A stretch of 64,000 nt of DNA, taken from contig CAZPQN010000010.1 in the NCBI GenBank assembly GCA_964588795.1, positions 1,148 to 65,147 on the forward strand, written 5' to 3'. Below, in pieces: positions 46,218-54,979 of the stretch. The DNA comes from an uncultured bacterium. GTDB lineage: Bacteria; Fidelibacterota; UBA2242. Both the position numbers and the translations under genes were made by a program. The notes beneath the pieces were generated by a model that worked only from the letters and a program-made list of their open reading frames with translations, did not search any database and was not told the origin of the DNA. Position 1 is the first letter of the stretch. Each line of letters opens with the position of its first letter.

Positions 46218-49200
46218 TCAGCGCGCTACCAGATAGATGACACCCACCAGGGCTAATAAGGAAATGGTATCCCTGATGAAAGATAGGCGTTTGGTAGCCG
46301 GATTATGAAAAACGTGCACCTGAAATTCCTGCATGGTGCTCCAGCCGTGTGAGTCAACCACCTCGAGGACGACGTCATTGACGCCTTTTTGAACCTTGCG
46401 CGGATTCCAGGTCAATAAACCGCTTTCGGGATCAAAACTGGCGTATTTAGGCAGGCGAATTACCTTGTAAGTCATCGCGTCGCCATTGGGATCTTCAGCT
46501 TCGAGCTGATATTCGTATTTCAGGTTTGTCAGCGCAACCGGCTTGGGAACGGATAATATCTTGGGTTTGACGTTGACGAACACCCGTCCTTTCTGGGTGT
46601 CGCTTGCCATTCCGTCTGTGACGCGCACAATGAAACTGTGACCATTCAGCTGCAAGTCAGTTGGACGCCAGGTAATGACGCCTTGGGGAGAAATTACCAT
46701 GCCTTCCGGCCCTTTCAGGATTTCATAGCTGAGTTTGCTGTCGGTATTCAGATCGGTCACATTTAATTCATACTGCCAGAGCGTGTTGACATAGGCGTTG
46801 GTATCCGGTGAGGAGGTGATGTTGGGCGGATAATTCACATACACCTGCGCATGTTCCTCGGCTGAAAAATAGCCATCAGAGACGGTATAGGCGACTGACT
46901 GATAGTCGAACTGCTCGGCTGTCGGAGTCCATTCAATTTTTCCGTAGCCATCCATTTTTAATCCGGTGGGCGGATCTTTCAGGAGGAAAGTGTACAAATA
47001 AATCTGCTCCGGGGTAGATAGACGGGGGGTACTCATATTCAGATTTTTAAAAAACGATTCGACAATTTGATATGCACTAAGACCACGCGCCGCCGCCAAG
47101 TTGTAAACCAGAACGAGCTTACCGCTATCCTCAAAGACCTCCTGGAAAAGGTTTTTCGGGACACCGGTCATTGTGGCCGGGGTCACCGTGGGCTGGAAGG
47201 TTTTAATGTAGCGTTCGATGAATTTCCCGAGGTTGTTGCGAATGGGGTCATCAAGGATACGGGCTTCCATGACGCCGGTTTGGCGCCAGTTTTCGATCCG
47301 CGGAGCTGCGGTGTAACGCCCCAGGAAAGCGCCTTTGTTATTGTCAGCCGTGACGGGCTCGTAGGTGTAGTTCTTCCCGACGCTGGTTTTACTCGGAGCG
47401 GTTGATTCGATGGTCACAGGATGGTTAACGAACAGGGCGAATTCGATTTTGTCGGAATCGTACCCATCAGTCGCCTCGACGATGAAGTCGTACCAGTCGG
47501 TTTGTTCAAAGGTCGGTTTCCAGAGGATTTCACCGGCGGGATTGATCGTCGCACCTGCCGGGCAATTGAGCAGGTTATAGGTAATCAGGGCATCGGGATT
47601 TTCATCGCGCACCTCGACCCGGAAACGGAAGGTTTCGCCGATTTGAATGATATCGCGGAATGGAATAGTCGAGGTAATTTTTGGCATACTGTTAACATAG
47701 ATCGTAAAAGTCCGCACCTCTTTTTTTCCACCCCAGGACAGCGTGGCGGTTACTTTGTGCAGTCCCAGAGCTGTGTCGGTGGGAACCCACGTGAAAAGTT
47801 TATTGGCCAAGTCAAAGCGCATTCCCGGGGGAGTCTCGACGTTGACGTTCAGATTTTTTGTGTCAGCCAGGGACAAATCCGGCACATTCAAAGGTTGTTG
47901 AACAGTCTGCCCAGGATGGGTAAGAATATCCGGTTTGATGATTTTGCGGCCTTTGGCGGCAGTCGCCGTCTTGCCTTCACCTTCCGGCAGGGGCGAAAGG
48001 CCAATTTCCTCCCCCTCCAGGCCGACCAGCTCGCTTCTCAGATAATCTGCTTCCGATATCGCGCGCGGTGTGGCCTGAGGTGCTGGTTGTTGCAGAGCCA
48101 GGGCTGAGTCTACCGGTCCGAGCAATGTATCCATCAGGCCGGCGCTACTCAGGTCAGCCCCTTCCACCAATTGCCAGTAGCACAATCCGTGCTGGTTAAA
48201 ATTTTGCATGATAAAAGGTGCAACAATCGCCCCGGTTGGATCGCCTGTCGAGGACTGAACCATATTAAAGGTCAGATAGCGCACGTTCTTCAGTACGGGA
48301 TTGGGATAGGCGGTTCTGGCATACACATCAGGATTGGTGAAAGACCCTGTCAGAGTGTATTCAAGATGTTGAATGTCACTGCTCCCTTGTAGGTTTAAAA
48401 GGAGATCGCTAAGGGTGTTGTTATTGAGATCAAAGGCAGTCAGGCAATTTATTTTGAGCGCCTTGGGCAGAAAGGGGATTGCTTTTAAGATTTTATTCTC
48501 CTGCCTAATTAATTGCGCTCCGCCGGCTTTTTCAGGCAGGATGAGTTCGCTTAATCCATCGCCATCCAAATCACCAGCGCTCATGCCCTCCAGATCGAAT
48601 TCGCTGCGGCTCGAGCCAGCAATGGTTAGACTTGTAAGCGGGGCGCCCTTCAACTCAAATGGATAAATGGCAATCTCCAGCTCCTGCATACCACCCACAA
48701 TGACAATTTCTGCCCCTGGATTGGCATGCATATTTACCCCTAATGCTCGGAAAGGCTGGATGCCGGAAAGACCTTTCAGTTTTGAGGAATGGGAGATCAG
48801 TTTAAGATTTCCGGAGGCCAGGCTACCGTTCACCCCGAGGACAATGACACTTCTCTCAGGACCGACCGAGGAAATGATGATCTCATCACGCTCATCATTG
48901 TTAACGTCGCCCAAAGCCAAGAAAACAGGGCGAGGTCGGACATTGAATCCGAATTCGGAGCCGATCTTGATTAGCGGTTCGGCGCTAAAACGTTCATTCC
49001 AAGAAAACAAGTAGAGCCACGCCGGATCACCGGATGTTTCCGTTTCACTGATATTTAGCGCGCCGATTACTTCCCAAGTACCGTTTTGATCGAGGTCGGT
49101 GACTAATACATCAACGAAATCACCTTTCAATCCGGCAGGCACATTGAATCGCCACTGCACATTAAAATCGCCCCCCGGCGATTCCTCTAAATGGACTAAA

Positions 49201-49433
49201 TAGGTCGATCGCGGGATGATGTTGCCCCGACCATCCACCTGAGCGGCAATGCCGACAACATCTAAAAACTCATCGTTATCGAAATTGAAACCACCAGCAG
49301 TCTTCAACAGTATGGTATTGCTCTGCTTGAACGGAAATATTACCGGTTCGCGAATCTGCCCATACAGGCTGAATGACAAAACCAGCCAGCCGATTGCCAA
49401 CCCGAGCTTGGTTGTGGAATTCTTTGACTTCAT
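46218..49433 (-). CDS. Giant exported surface protein with FG-GAP/integrin-alpha-like repeats and Ig-like (He_PIG-type) domains, plus a C-terminal TM anchor
   Basis: Signal peptide. Repeated 'D.D.DG..E' FG-GAP calcium-binding loops. Ig-like repeats ('...ITYNLLNCPAGATINPAGEILWKPT...'). Final hydrophobic helix LLALVGVIYLVAR. Confidence 0.6.
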   Translation of the reverse strand: MKSKNSTTKLGLAIGWLVLSFSLYGQIREPVIFPFKQSNTILLKTAGGFNFDNDEFLDVVGIAAQVDGRGNIIPRSTYLVHLEESPGGDFNVQWRFNVPAGLKGDFVDVLVTDLDQNGTWEVIGALNISETETSGDPAWLYLFSWNERFSAEPLIKIGSEFGFNVRPRPVFLALGDVNNDERDEIIISSVGPERSVIVLGVNGSLASGNLKLISHSSKLKGLSGIQPFRALGVNMHANPGAEIVIVGGMQELEIAIYPFELKGAPLTSLTIAGSSRSEFDLEGMSAGDLDGDGLSELILPEKAGGAQLIRQENKILKAIPFLPKALKINCLTAFDLNNNTLSDLLLNLQGSSDIQHLEYTLTGSFTNPDVYARTAYPNPVLKNVRYLTFNMVQSSTGDPTGAIVAPFIMQNFNQHGLCYWQLVEGADLSSAGLMDTLLGPVDSALALQQPAPQATPRAISEADYLRSELVGLEGEEIGLSPLPEGEGKTATAAKGRKIIKPDILTHPGQTVQQPLNVPDLSLADTKNLNVNVETPPGMRFDLANKLFTWVPTDTALGLHKVTATLSWGGKKEVRTFTIYVNSMPKITSTIPFRDIIQIGETFRFRVEVRDENPDALITYNLLNCPAGATINPAGEILWKPTFEQTDWYDFIVEATDGYDSDKIEFALFVNHPVTIESTAPSKTSVGKNYTYEPVTADNNKGAFLGRYTAAPRIENWRQTGVMEARILDDPIRNNLGKFIERYIKTFQPTVTPATMTGVPKNLFQEVFEDSGKLVLVYNLAAARGLSAYQIVESFFKNLNMSTPRLSTPEQIYLYTFLLKDPPTGLKMDGYGKIEWTPTAEQFDYQSVAYTVSDGYFSAEEHAQVYVNYPPNITSSPDTNAYVNTLWQYELNVTDLNTDSKLSYEILKGPEGMVISPQGVITWRPTDLQLNGHSFIVRVTDGMASDTQKGRVFVNVKPKILSVPKPVALTNLKYEYQLEAEDPNGDAMTYKVIRLPKYASFDPESGLLTWNPRKVQKGVNDVVLEVVDSHGWSTMQEFQVHVFHNPATKRLSFIRDTISLLALVGVIYLVAR

Positions 49434-49916
49434 AAGGCGCTTCCGAAAAATTTACCCCTTCAGTTGCATAATCACCTTGAATATATTCGCCGCTCCTCAA
49501 AAAATCAAGCAAAAAAGTTGATTCCGGCCATATTTTGATTACTAAATCCTTCTGAAAGATTGCATCTTACAGGACGCATTTAAAGCAATCCATTAAAATT
49601 TAATAAACGTGATTCATGAAAATTAGGCCAGATATTGAGGTGTTCTGTTACCTAACCCCATCATCTTGAAAAAACCACTCGTCGCCAATCAGATACCTGC
49701 AATTCAACGCCAGCCGGAATGCAAACTCAAAGATATGATGGAACGGGAGAAAAGCAGATTTTCCCCGTTTTCATATCAATAATGTTTTGAAAGCTGCAAT
49801 AAAATTTGTAAAATTTGATACCGTTTTGTGAAGAAAATAATCCATAGCGCCTCTCAGGCAAAAGCATCGCGACCGTTACCATTACCCTTGATAATCAGAA
49901 ATTGTAGGGGATATTA

Positions 49917-51119
49917 ATGTTAGTTCTGACCATCAATTCCGGCAGTTCATCTGTCAAATACCAACTAATTGATACGGCTCGATCCGCAGTACTATGTAAA
50001 GGATTGGTAGATCGGATTGGGACCCAGGGCACCAATCTGACTCATAAGTTACCCGACGGCCGGCAGGTTACGCTGACCGATAATATTAATGATCATCAGT
50101 CTGCGATTGATCGAATATTGGAGACCTTGATTCATCCTGAATACGGCGTAATTGAAAATCTTGCGCAAATTAAAGCCGTCGGGCACAGGTTGGTGCATGC
50201 GGGCGACAAATTTACCCAGTCGATCTTGATTGATGACGAGGTGCTCGCCAAACTGCACGAATGCATCGAATTTGCGCCATTGCACAATCCACCCAATATT
50301 AAGGGCGTGGAAGCCAGCCTGAAGAAGCTACCGTGTACTCCCAATGTAGGGGTCTTCGACACTACCTTTCATATCAATATGCCCGAATATGCCAGTACCT
50401 ATGCCATTCCCCACAGCATCAGCAAGAAATATGGTATCCGTCGCTATGGTTTTCACGGAACGTCCCACTATTATGTCGCCCATCGTGCGGCCGCGATTTT
50501 GGCGCGCCCCATCAGCGACCTGCGGATCATCACTTGCCATCTGGGTAATGGCAGTAGTATCACGGCTATTAATGGCGGGATTTCCGTGGATACTTCGATG
50601 GGTTTTACGCCGCTGGAAGGACTGGTCATGGGCACCCGCTGTGGCGACATTGATCCGGGTCTGATTTTTATGATTGCCGCCCGGGAAAATTTGTCGCTGG
50701 ACGATGCCAGTTCCTTTTTTAATAAGAAATGCGGTGTTAAGGGAATATCCGGGCTGAGTAATGACATGCGTGAGATTGAAACTGCCGCCCAAGCAGGCAA
50801 CCAACAGGCCAAATTAGCCCTGGATGTTTTTTGTTACCGAGTCAAGAAATACGTGGCGGCTTACATCGGTGTGCTCAACGGGGCGGACGCCATCGTCTTT
50901 ACGGGAGGAATCGGAGAAAATTCAGTTCTGGTGCGGGAACAGTCAATGAGCAATCTGACAGCCTTAGGGATTCATCTCGACAGCCTCAAGAACCAAACTG
51001 TCCGGGCCACGGAAAGCACTATCAGCACTCCGGAGTCTCCGATTAGAGTGCTGGTAATTCCCACCAATGAGGAGCTGGTCATCGCGCGGGAGACCGAAAA
51101 AATCGTTAACAAAGCCTGA
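49917..51119 (+). CDS. ackA: Acetate kinase
   Basis: 'LVLTINSGSSSVKYQL' and the ASKHA-fold motifs. Confidence 0.9.
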   Translation: MLVLTINSGSSSVKYQLIDTARSAVLCKGLVDRIGTQGTNLTHKLPDGRQVTLTDNINDHQSAIDRILETLIHPEYGVIENLAQIKAVGHRLVHAGDKFTQSILIDDEVLAKLHECIEFAPLHNPPNIKGVEASLKKLPCTPNVGVFDTTFHINMPEYASTYAIPHSISKKYGIRRYGFHGTSHYYVAHRAAAILARPISDLRIITCHLGNGSSITAINGGISVDTSMGFTPLEGLVMGTRCGDIDPGLIFMIAARENLSLDDASSFFNKKCGVKGISGLSNDMREIETAAQAGNQQAKLALDVFCYRVKKYVAAYIGVLNGADAIVFTGGIGENSVLVREQSMSNLTALGIHLDSLKNQTVRATESTISTPESPIRVLVIPTNEELVIARETEKIVNKA

Positions 51120-51186
51120 ATCGCAGATATAAATGGCCATTTTCACCTGTTTTTTTTAAAAAAGTGGCTTCCGACGGAAGAAAGTC

Positions 51187-51215
51187 TTGACATTTAAAAA
51201 ATTGTCACTTAACAT
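51187..51215 (+). promoter_or_regulatory. Sigma-70-like promoter candidate (TTGACA, 17 nt spacer, TAACAT) for the small repeat-protein gene
   Basis: Read directly, in an AT-rich spacer about 40 nt upstream of a strong RBS (AAAGGAGGA). The organism's consensus is unknown, so this is tentative. Confidence 0.3.
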
Positions 51216-51255
51216 TTACCCATAAAATCTATTAACTCAAAAAGGAGGATTTACA

Positions 51256-51483
51256 ATGGCACAAAAAGTTGTTGCATGTGGCATCAAGAAAGAAAAAGGC
51301 TATCTCTACTATCTGGACAAGAACGGTGACGTAGCTTGCTCCAAGATGGCTCGTGGTGGTCAAAAGGGCGGCAACGCGAAAGTTATTAAGAAATGCGGCG
51401 TCAAGCGCGAAGAAGGCTATCTCTACTTCATCGACAAGAACGGTGATGTGGCTCGCGCCAAAATGGCTCGCGGCAGAAAATAA
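51256..51483 (+). CDS. Small (75 aa) basic protein built from two ~35-aa tandem repeats, unknown function
   Basis: The repeats 'CGIKKEKGYLYYLDKNGDVACSKMARGGQKGG' and 'CGVKREEGYLYFIDKNGDVARAKMARGRK' align residue for residue. Strong RBS. Confidence 0.6.
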   Translation: MAQKVVACGIKKEKGYLYYLDKNGDVACSKMARGGQKGGNAKVIKKCGVKREEGYLYFIDKNGDVARAKMARGRK

Positions 51484-51511
51484 CGCGGTCATCCGCCAAT
51501 TTTTCGCACAT

Positions 51512-51547
51512 TAAAAGACTCCGTTGTTGACGGAGTCTTTTTTTTCT
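51512..51547 (+). terminator. Rho-independent terminator
   Basis: Perfect 8-bp stem AGACTCCG/CGGAGTCT with a 7-nt loop, followed by a T9 run. Confidence 0.8.
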
Positions 51548-51566
51548 TAAATCCTGTTCGACAACC

Positions 51567-54500
51567 ATGAGGTATACGACGTCGAAATTGAATATCAAGG
51601 AATGCCTGGGCTGGGTATTGGGGACCTTGTTCACTGCCGGCGCAATTATTTTCCTAAGTTCTTATTTCACGCAAGCCTTTCCTGAACACCAGATTGACTT
51701 TAAGTTAAACCGCTCTCAGGCTTATCAGGCATCCCGGAATTTTCTCGAATCCCGCAAGCTCAACGTCTCCGGTTTCCGACACGCAATCATTTTCGACATC
51801 GACGAACCCGCCAAGACTTTTTTGGAAAGGACAATCGGGTTCGATTCAAGCGCGCGTCTTTTCCAGAACGAGATGCCCATCTGGTACTGGAGCACCCGCT
51901 GGTTCCAACCGCTCAATCGAGAGGAATTCAGAGTTGCCCTTTCACCGGCCGGGCAGATCGTAGAATTCGAACATATTTTACCTGAAGAAGCAGCCACCCT
52001 GCACAGCCGGGTTAGTCGTCACGAAGCCCGGCAAATCGCCCGTAACTTTATGCTTGCCCAGAAGATTGATGCAGATGAGTGGCAGCTGGTTGAAACCCGG
52101 AGTGAAGCCAAGCCCGAGCGTACAGATCATTTCTTAACTTTTCGGAATCACAAAAGCTCTGTGGCGAATGCCGAGTACCGCATCGAAGTGACCATCCAGG
52201 GCGATGCAGTCGGCAAATACCGGCGCTACCTCAAATTGCCCGAGACCTGGCAAAGAGCCTATCAACGTCTGCGTTCTGCGAATCTCACCACTGCCCTGGC
52301 GGCCGATATCGGGGCGATTGCAATGATAATTGCAGCCGGAGTTGTTTTTTTCCGCAATCTGAAGCGCCGGAATCTGCGCCTCAAAGCCGCCATCTGGTTC
52401 GGAGTCCTGACCATTGTAATTCAATTGATCGCCATGCTCAATTTGATTCCGATCAGCATTTTTCAGATTGATAGTAACCAATCGCTGGTGGATTATTTTG
52501 GGCAATTTACGTTAGCAGCGGTGATGATGGCCTTGCTTTACGGACTTTTGGTATTCCTGGTAACGGCCGCTGGCGAAAACTTGATACGCACGACGAATAT
52601 CTTCCCCCACATTTCACTCTCGCAGTCCTTTTCACGCAACCATCTGCGTTCGAAGCAGTTTCTGATAGAGGCAGGTCTCGGACTGGCCCTGGCGTTTATT
52701 TTCCTGGCTTTTCAAACTGGATTTTACCTGATTGCCAAACGCTGGGGGGCCTGGTCACCTGCGGATGTGTCGTATTCGAATGTCCTCAATGCCGCCTGTC
52801 CGGCGCTTTTTGTGCTGATGACAGGATTTATTCCGGCCGTGACAGAGGAGTTTCTTTTCCGGTTGTTTACCATTCCGTTCCTGTTAAAAATCACGCGCAG
52901 TAAAGCCATCGCGGTCATCGTGCCGGCGCTTATCTGGGGATTCGCCCACGCGAATTATCCCAACCAACCTTTCTGGATCAGGGGTATGGAAGTCAGCCTG
53001 TTCGGAATATTAATCGGGATTGTTTTCCTGAAGACAGGCGTTGTGACTTTACTGATCTGGCACTATACCGTAGATGCGCTGTATGCCGGTCTGGTGCTGT
53101 TTAAAAGTGGAGACTGGCTCCTGATCATCAGTGGTGGTCTGGTAGCTGGATTGATGCTCCTGCCGTTGCTCTATAATCTGTTTCACCGTTTGAAGTACGG
53201 TCATTTTACGCACGACGATACAGCAACCGTAGCGGCGATTCCCGAGATTATCCAGGATGTACAACCGCAAATCGCCCCCCAGCCAGCTTTGCTCCGGGAA
53301 GAGTACCTGCGCCTGCATCCCCGTCGGATCAGGCTGGCATTAATCATCATCACCGGAACAATTGTGATTGGTCTTTCGCCGGGTCAGTCCATTGGGAATC
53401 GGCGGATGAACCTCACGCGCCGCGCCGCGATGACTATTGCCCGCAGTTTTGTGGCGGAGCGAGACACCGGTTCCGCAAAATTCATGACCTCCGTCAGATT
53501 TACCAGCGATATCGAGCCACAATTCGTCCGCTATATCCTGCAACACTCCTCGCTCGATAGTTTGAATTATCTGATAGAAAATTATTTAGACGGTGGGCGT
53601 GGCTGGCAGGTCCGGTTTTTTGAACCCCTATCACCCACCGAATACCAGATTACGGTCAACCCGCTGAGCGGGGCGGTCTCTTCCTTCTCGCATATAGTAC
53701 CGGAAGAAAATCCCGGCGCCAAACTGACCCCTCGGCAGGCTCGCCGATTGGCGGAGAAATTTCTGCAACAGCGGCAGATTGATCTTCAGAAATTGAGGTT
53801 GATTGATTCGAAAACTAACCATTTGAAGCATCGCACCGATCACATTTTCGTGTGGGAAAGTTCGCCGCAGGATCAGGCCAGTATCGGTCAGGGGCGTCTG
53901 CGCCATCGCGTTATTGTGCGGGGCAAAGAGATCAGCGAATACCGAGTCTATTACAAGTTGCCCGAGGAATGGATTACCAATGAGACTGCTCGTACAACCT
54001 ACCAGACCATCTGGGAATTTTCGCAGATTGCGCTGTTAGTCAGCGGGATTTTTTTAATTGTCCGATACCTGCTAAGGCATCCGCCGGGAATGGCCTTCAA
54101 CTGGTCCATTCCGGTCAGGGTCGCCTTTTTTATCGGACTGCTATATTTGATCAACGCTCTGAGTGCCTATCGAGAAGCGCGCTGGGACTATGCCACCAGC
54201 TGGAACCTGAGTGCCTGGACAGCCTTTTGGTTTTTTTTAGTGATCCTGAAAACCTTGGCCGCGGCGGGACTGAGTTTGATGATGACCGCCGGTCTGGTTT
54301 ATCTGTATCCGAATTTACCGGCGTTCTTTTCACCGATCGGTCGGCGAGGCTATAGCCGCGATGCGATCGTTGGCGCCCTGACGGTCAGTTGCGGGATATT
54401 GGCTCTCCATAAATTGGTGACGCTGGCCATTCTGCGCTATCGCCCACCTCTATTGGCCGAAATATATTCGGTGGAAACTGAACTTGCGGCCGTCTGGCCG

Positions 54501-54923
54501 TGGCTAAATATCTTTGTTTCTACTGCTCTGCGCGCTCTTCTCTACCTTGCCGTCATCGGGCTTTTCTTATTCCTGCTGTCCGCAGTTTTGCACCAACGCT
54601 GGCGCCAGCTTGCGGTTCTGACTCTGGTAGCGGCGCTTTTTCAGACCTACCCGAACGGATTCGGGACAGATTTTTGGTTCGGGTGGCTAATCAATGCGGT
54701 CTATCTCGGATGGGGCGCCATCGGGGTCGTGTACTTTCTGCGGCGCAATTTACTCGCCTATCTGTTGGCCGTCACCTTTTACCTGATTTTAAATAGCGGA
54801 TTGAATTTATTTGCTGCCAGGACGCCTGGCGGCTATTACCAGATGGCAATTGTGTTCGGGGTGCTCATGGTTGCCCTGGCTTGGTATGTGACCGCTCACC
54901 GGCGCGAAGCTCTAAAAATTTGA
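51567..54923 (+). CDS. Giant (1118 aa) polytopic membrane protein containing a CPBP/Abi (CAAX-protease-like) intramembrane glutamic endopeptidase domain
   Basis: CPBP motifs 'TEEFLFR' (EExxxR), 'WGFAHANY' (FxxxH) and 'WHYTVDALY' (HxxxD) in the first TM bundle. Four extracytoplasmic PepSY-like modules. The second half is an internal duplication without the catalytic motifs. Confidence 0.6.
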   Translation: MRYTTSKLNIKECLGWVLGTLFTAGAIIFLSSYFTQAFPEHQIDFKLNRSQAYQASRNFLESRKLNVSGFRHAIIFDIDEPAKTFLERTIGFDSSARLFQNEMPIWYWSTRWFQPLNREEFRVALSPAGQIVEFEHILPEEAATLHSRVSRHEARQIARNFMLAQKIDADEWQLVETRSEAKPERTDHFLTFRNHKSSVANAEYRIEVTIQGDAVGKYRRYLKLPETWQRAYQRLRSANLTTALAADIGAIAMIIAAGVVFFRNLKRRNLRLKAAIWFGVLTIVIQLIAMLNLIPISIFQIDSNQSLVDYFGQFTLAAVMMALLYGLLVFLVTAAGENLIRTTNIFPHISLSQSFSRNHLRSKQFLIEAGLGLALAFIFLAFQTGFYLIAKRWGAWSPADVSYSNVLNAACPALFVLMTGFIPAVTEEFLFRLFTIPFLLKITRSKAIAVIVPALIWGFAHANYPNQPFWIRGMEVSLFGILIGIVFLKTGVVTLLIWHYTVDALYAGLVLFKSGDWLLIISGGLVAGLMLLPLLYNLFHRLKYGHFTHDDTATVAAIPEIIQDVQPQIAPQPALLREEYLRLHPRRIRLALIIITGTIVIGLSPGQSIGNRRMNLTRRAAMTIARSFVAERDTGSAKFMTSVRFTSDIEPQFVRYILQHSSLDSLNYLIENYLDGGRGWQVRFFEPLSPTEYQITVNPLSGAVSSFSHIVPEENPGAKLTPRQARRLAEKFLQQRQIDLQKLRLIDSKTNHLKHRTDHIFVWESSPQDQASIGQGRLRHRVIVRGKEISEYRVYYKLPEEWITNETARTTYQTIWEFSQIALLVSGIFLIVRYLLRHPPGMAFNWSIPVRVAFFIGLLYLINALSAYREARWDYATSWNLSAWTAFWFFLVILKTLAAAGLSLMMTAGLVYLYPNLPAFFSPIGRRGYSRDAIVGALTVSCGILALHKLVTLAILRYRPPLLAEIYSVETELAAVWPWLNIFVSTALRALLYLAVIGLFLFLLSAVLHQRWRQLAVLTLVAALFQTYPNGFGTDFWFGWLINAVYLGWGAIGVVYFLRRNLLAYLLAVTFYLILNSGLNLFAARTPGGYYQMAIVFGVLMVALAWYVTAHRREALKI

Positions 54924-54979
54924 CAAGACTATTTTAAATCGCGGTCTCATCCGTTAAATTTCAACCCGGAAGACGATTC

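Noticed and set aside
46218-46320. T9SS C-terminal sorting domain on the 1071-aa FG-GAP protein
   Set aside because: The C-terminus is a single hydrophobic helix with a terminal Arg, not the ~80-aa beta-sandwich CTD. No PEP-CTERM or LPxTG motif is present either.
51120-51185. Hairpin CTTCCGACGGAAG after ackA as a terminator
   Set aside because: The loop is too short (1-3 nt). The U-run is on the wrong side for the plus strand, and no minus-strand gene needs terminating there.
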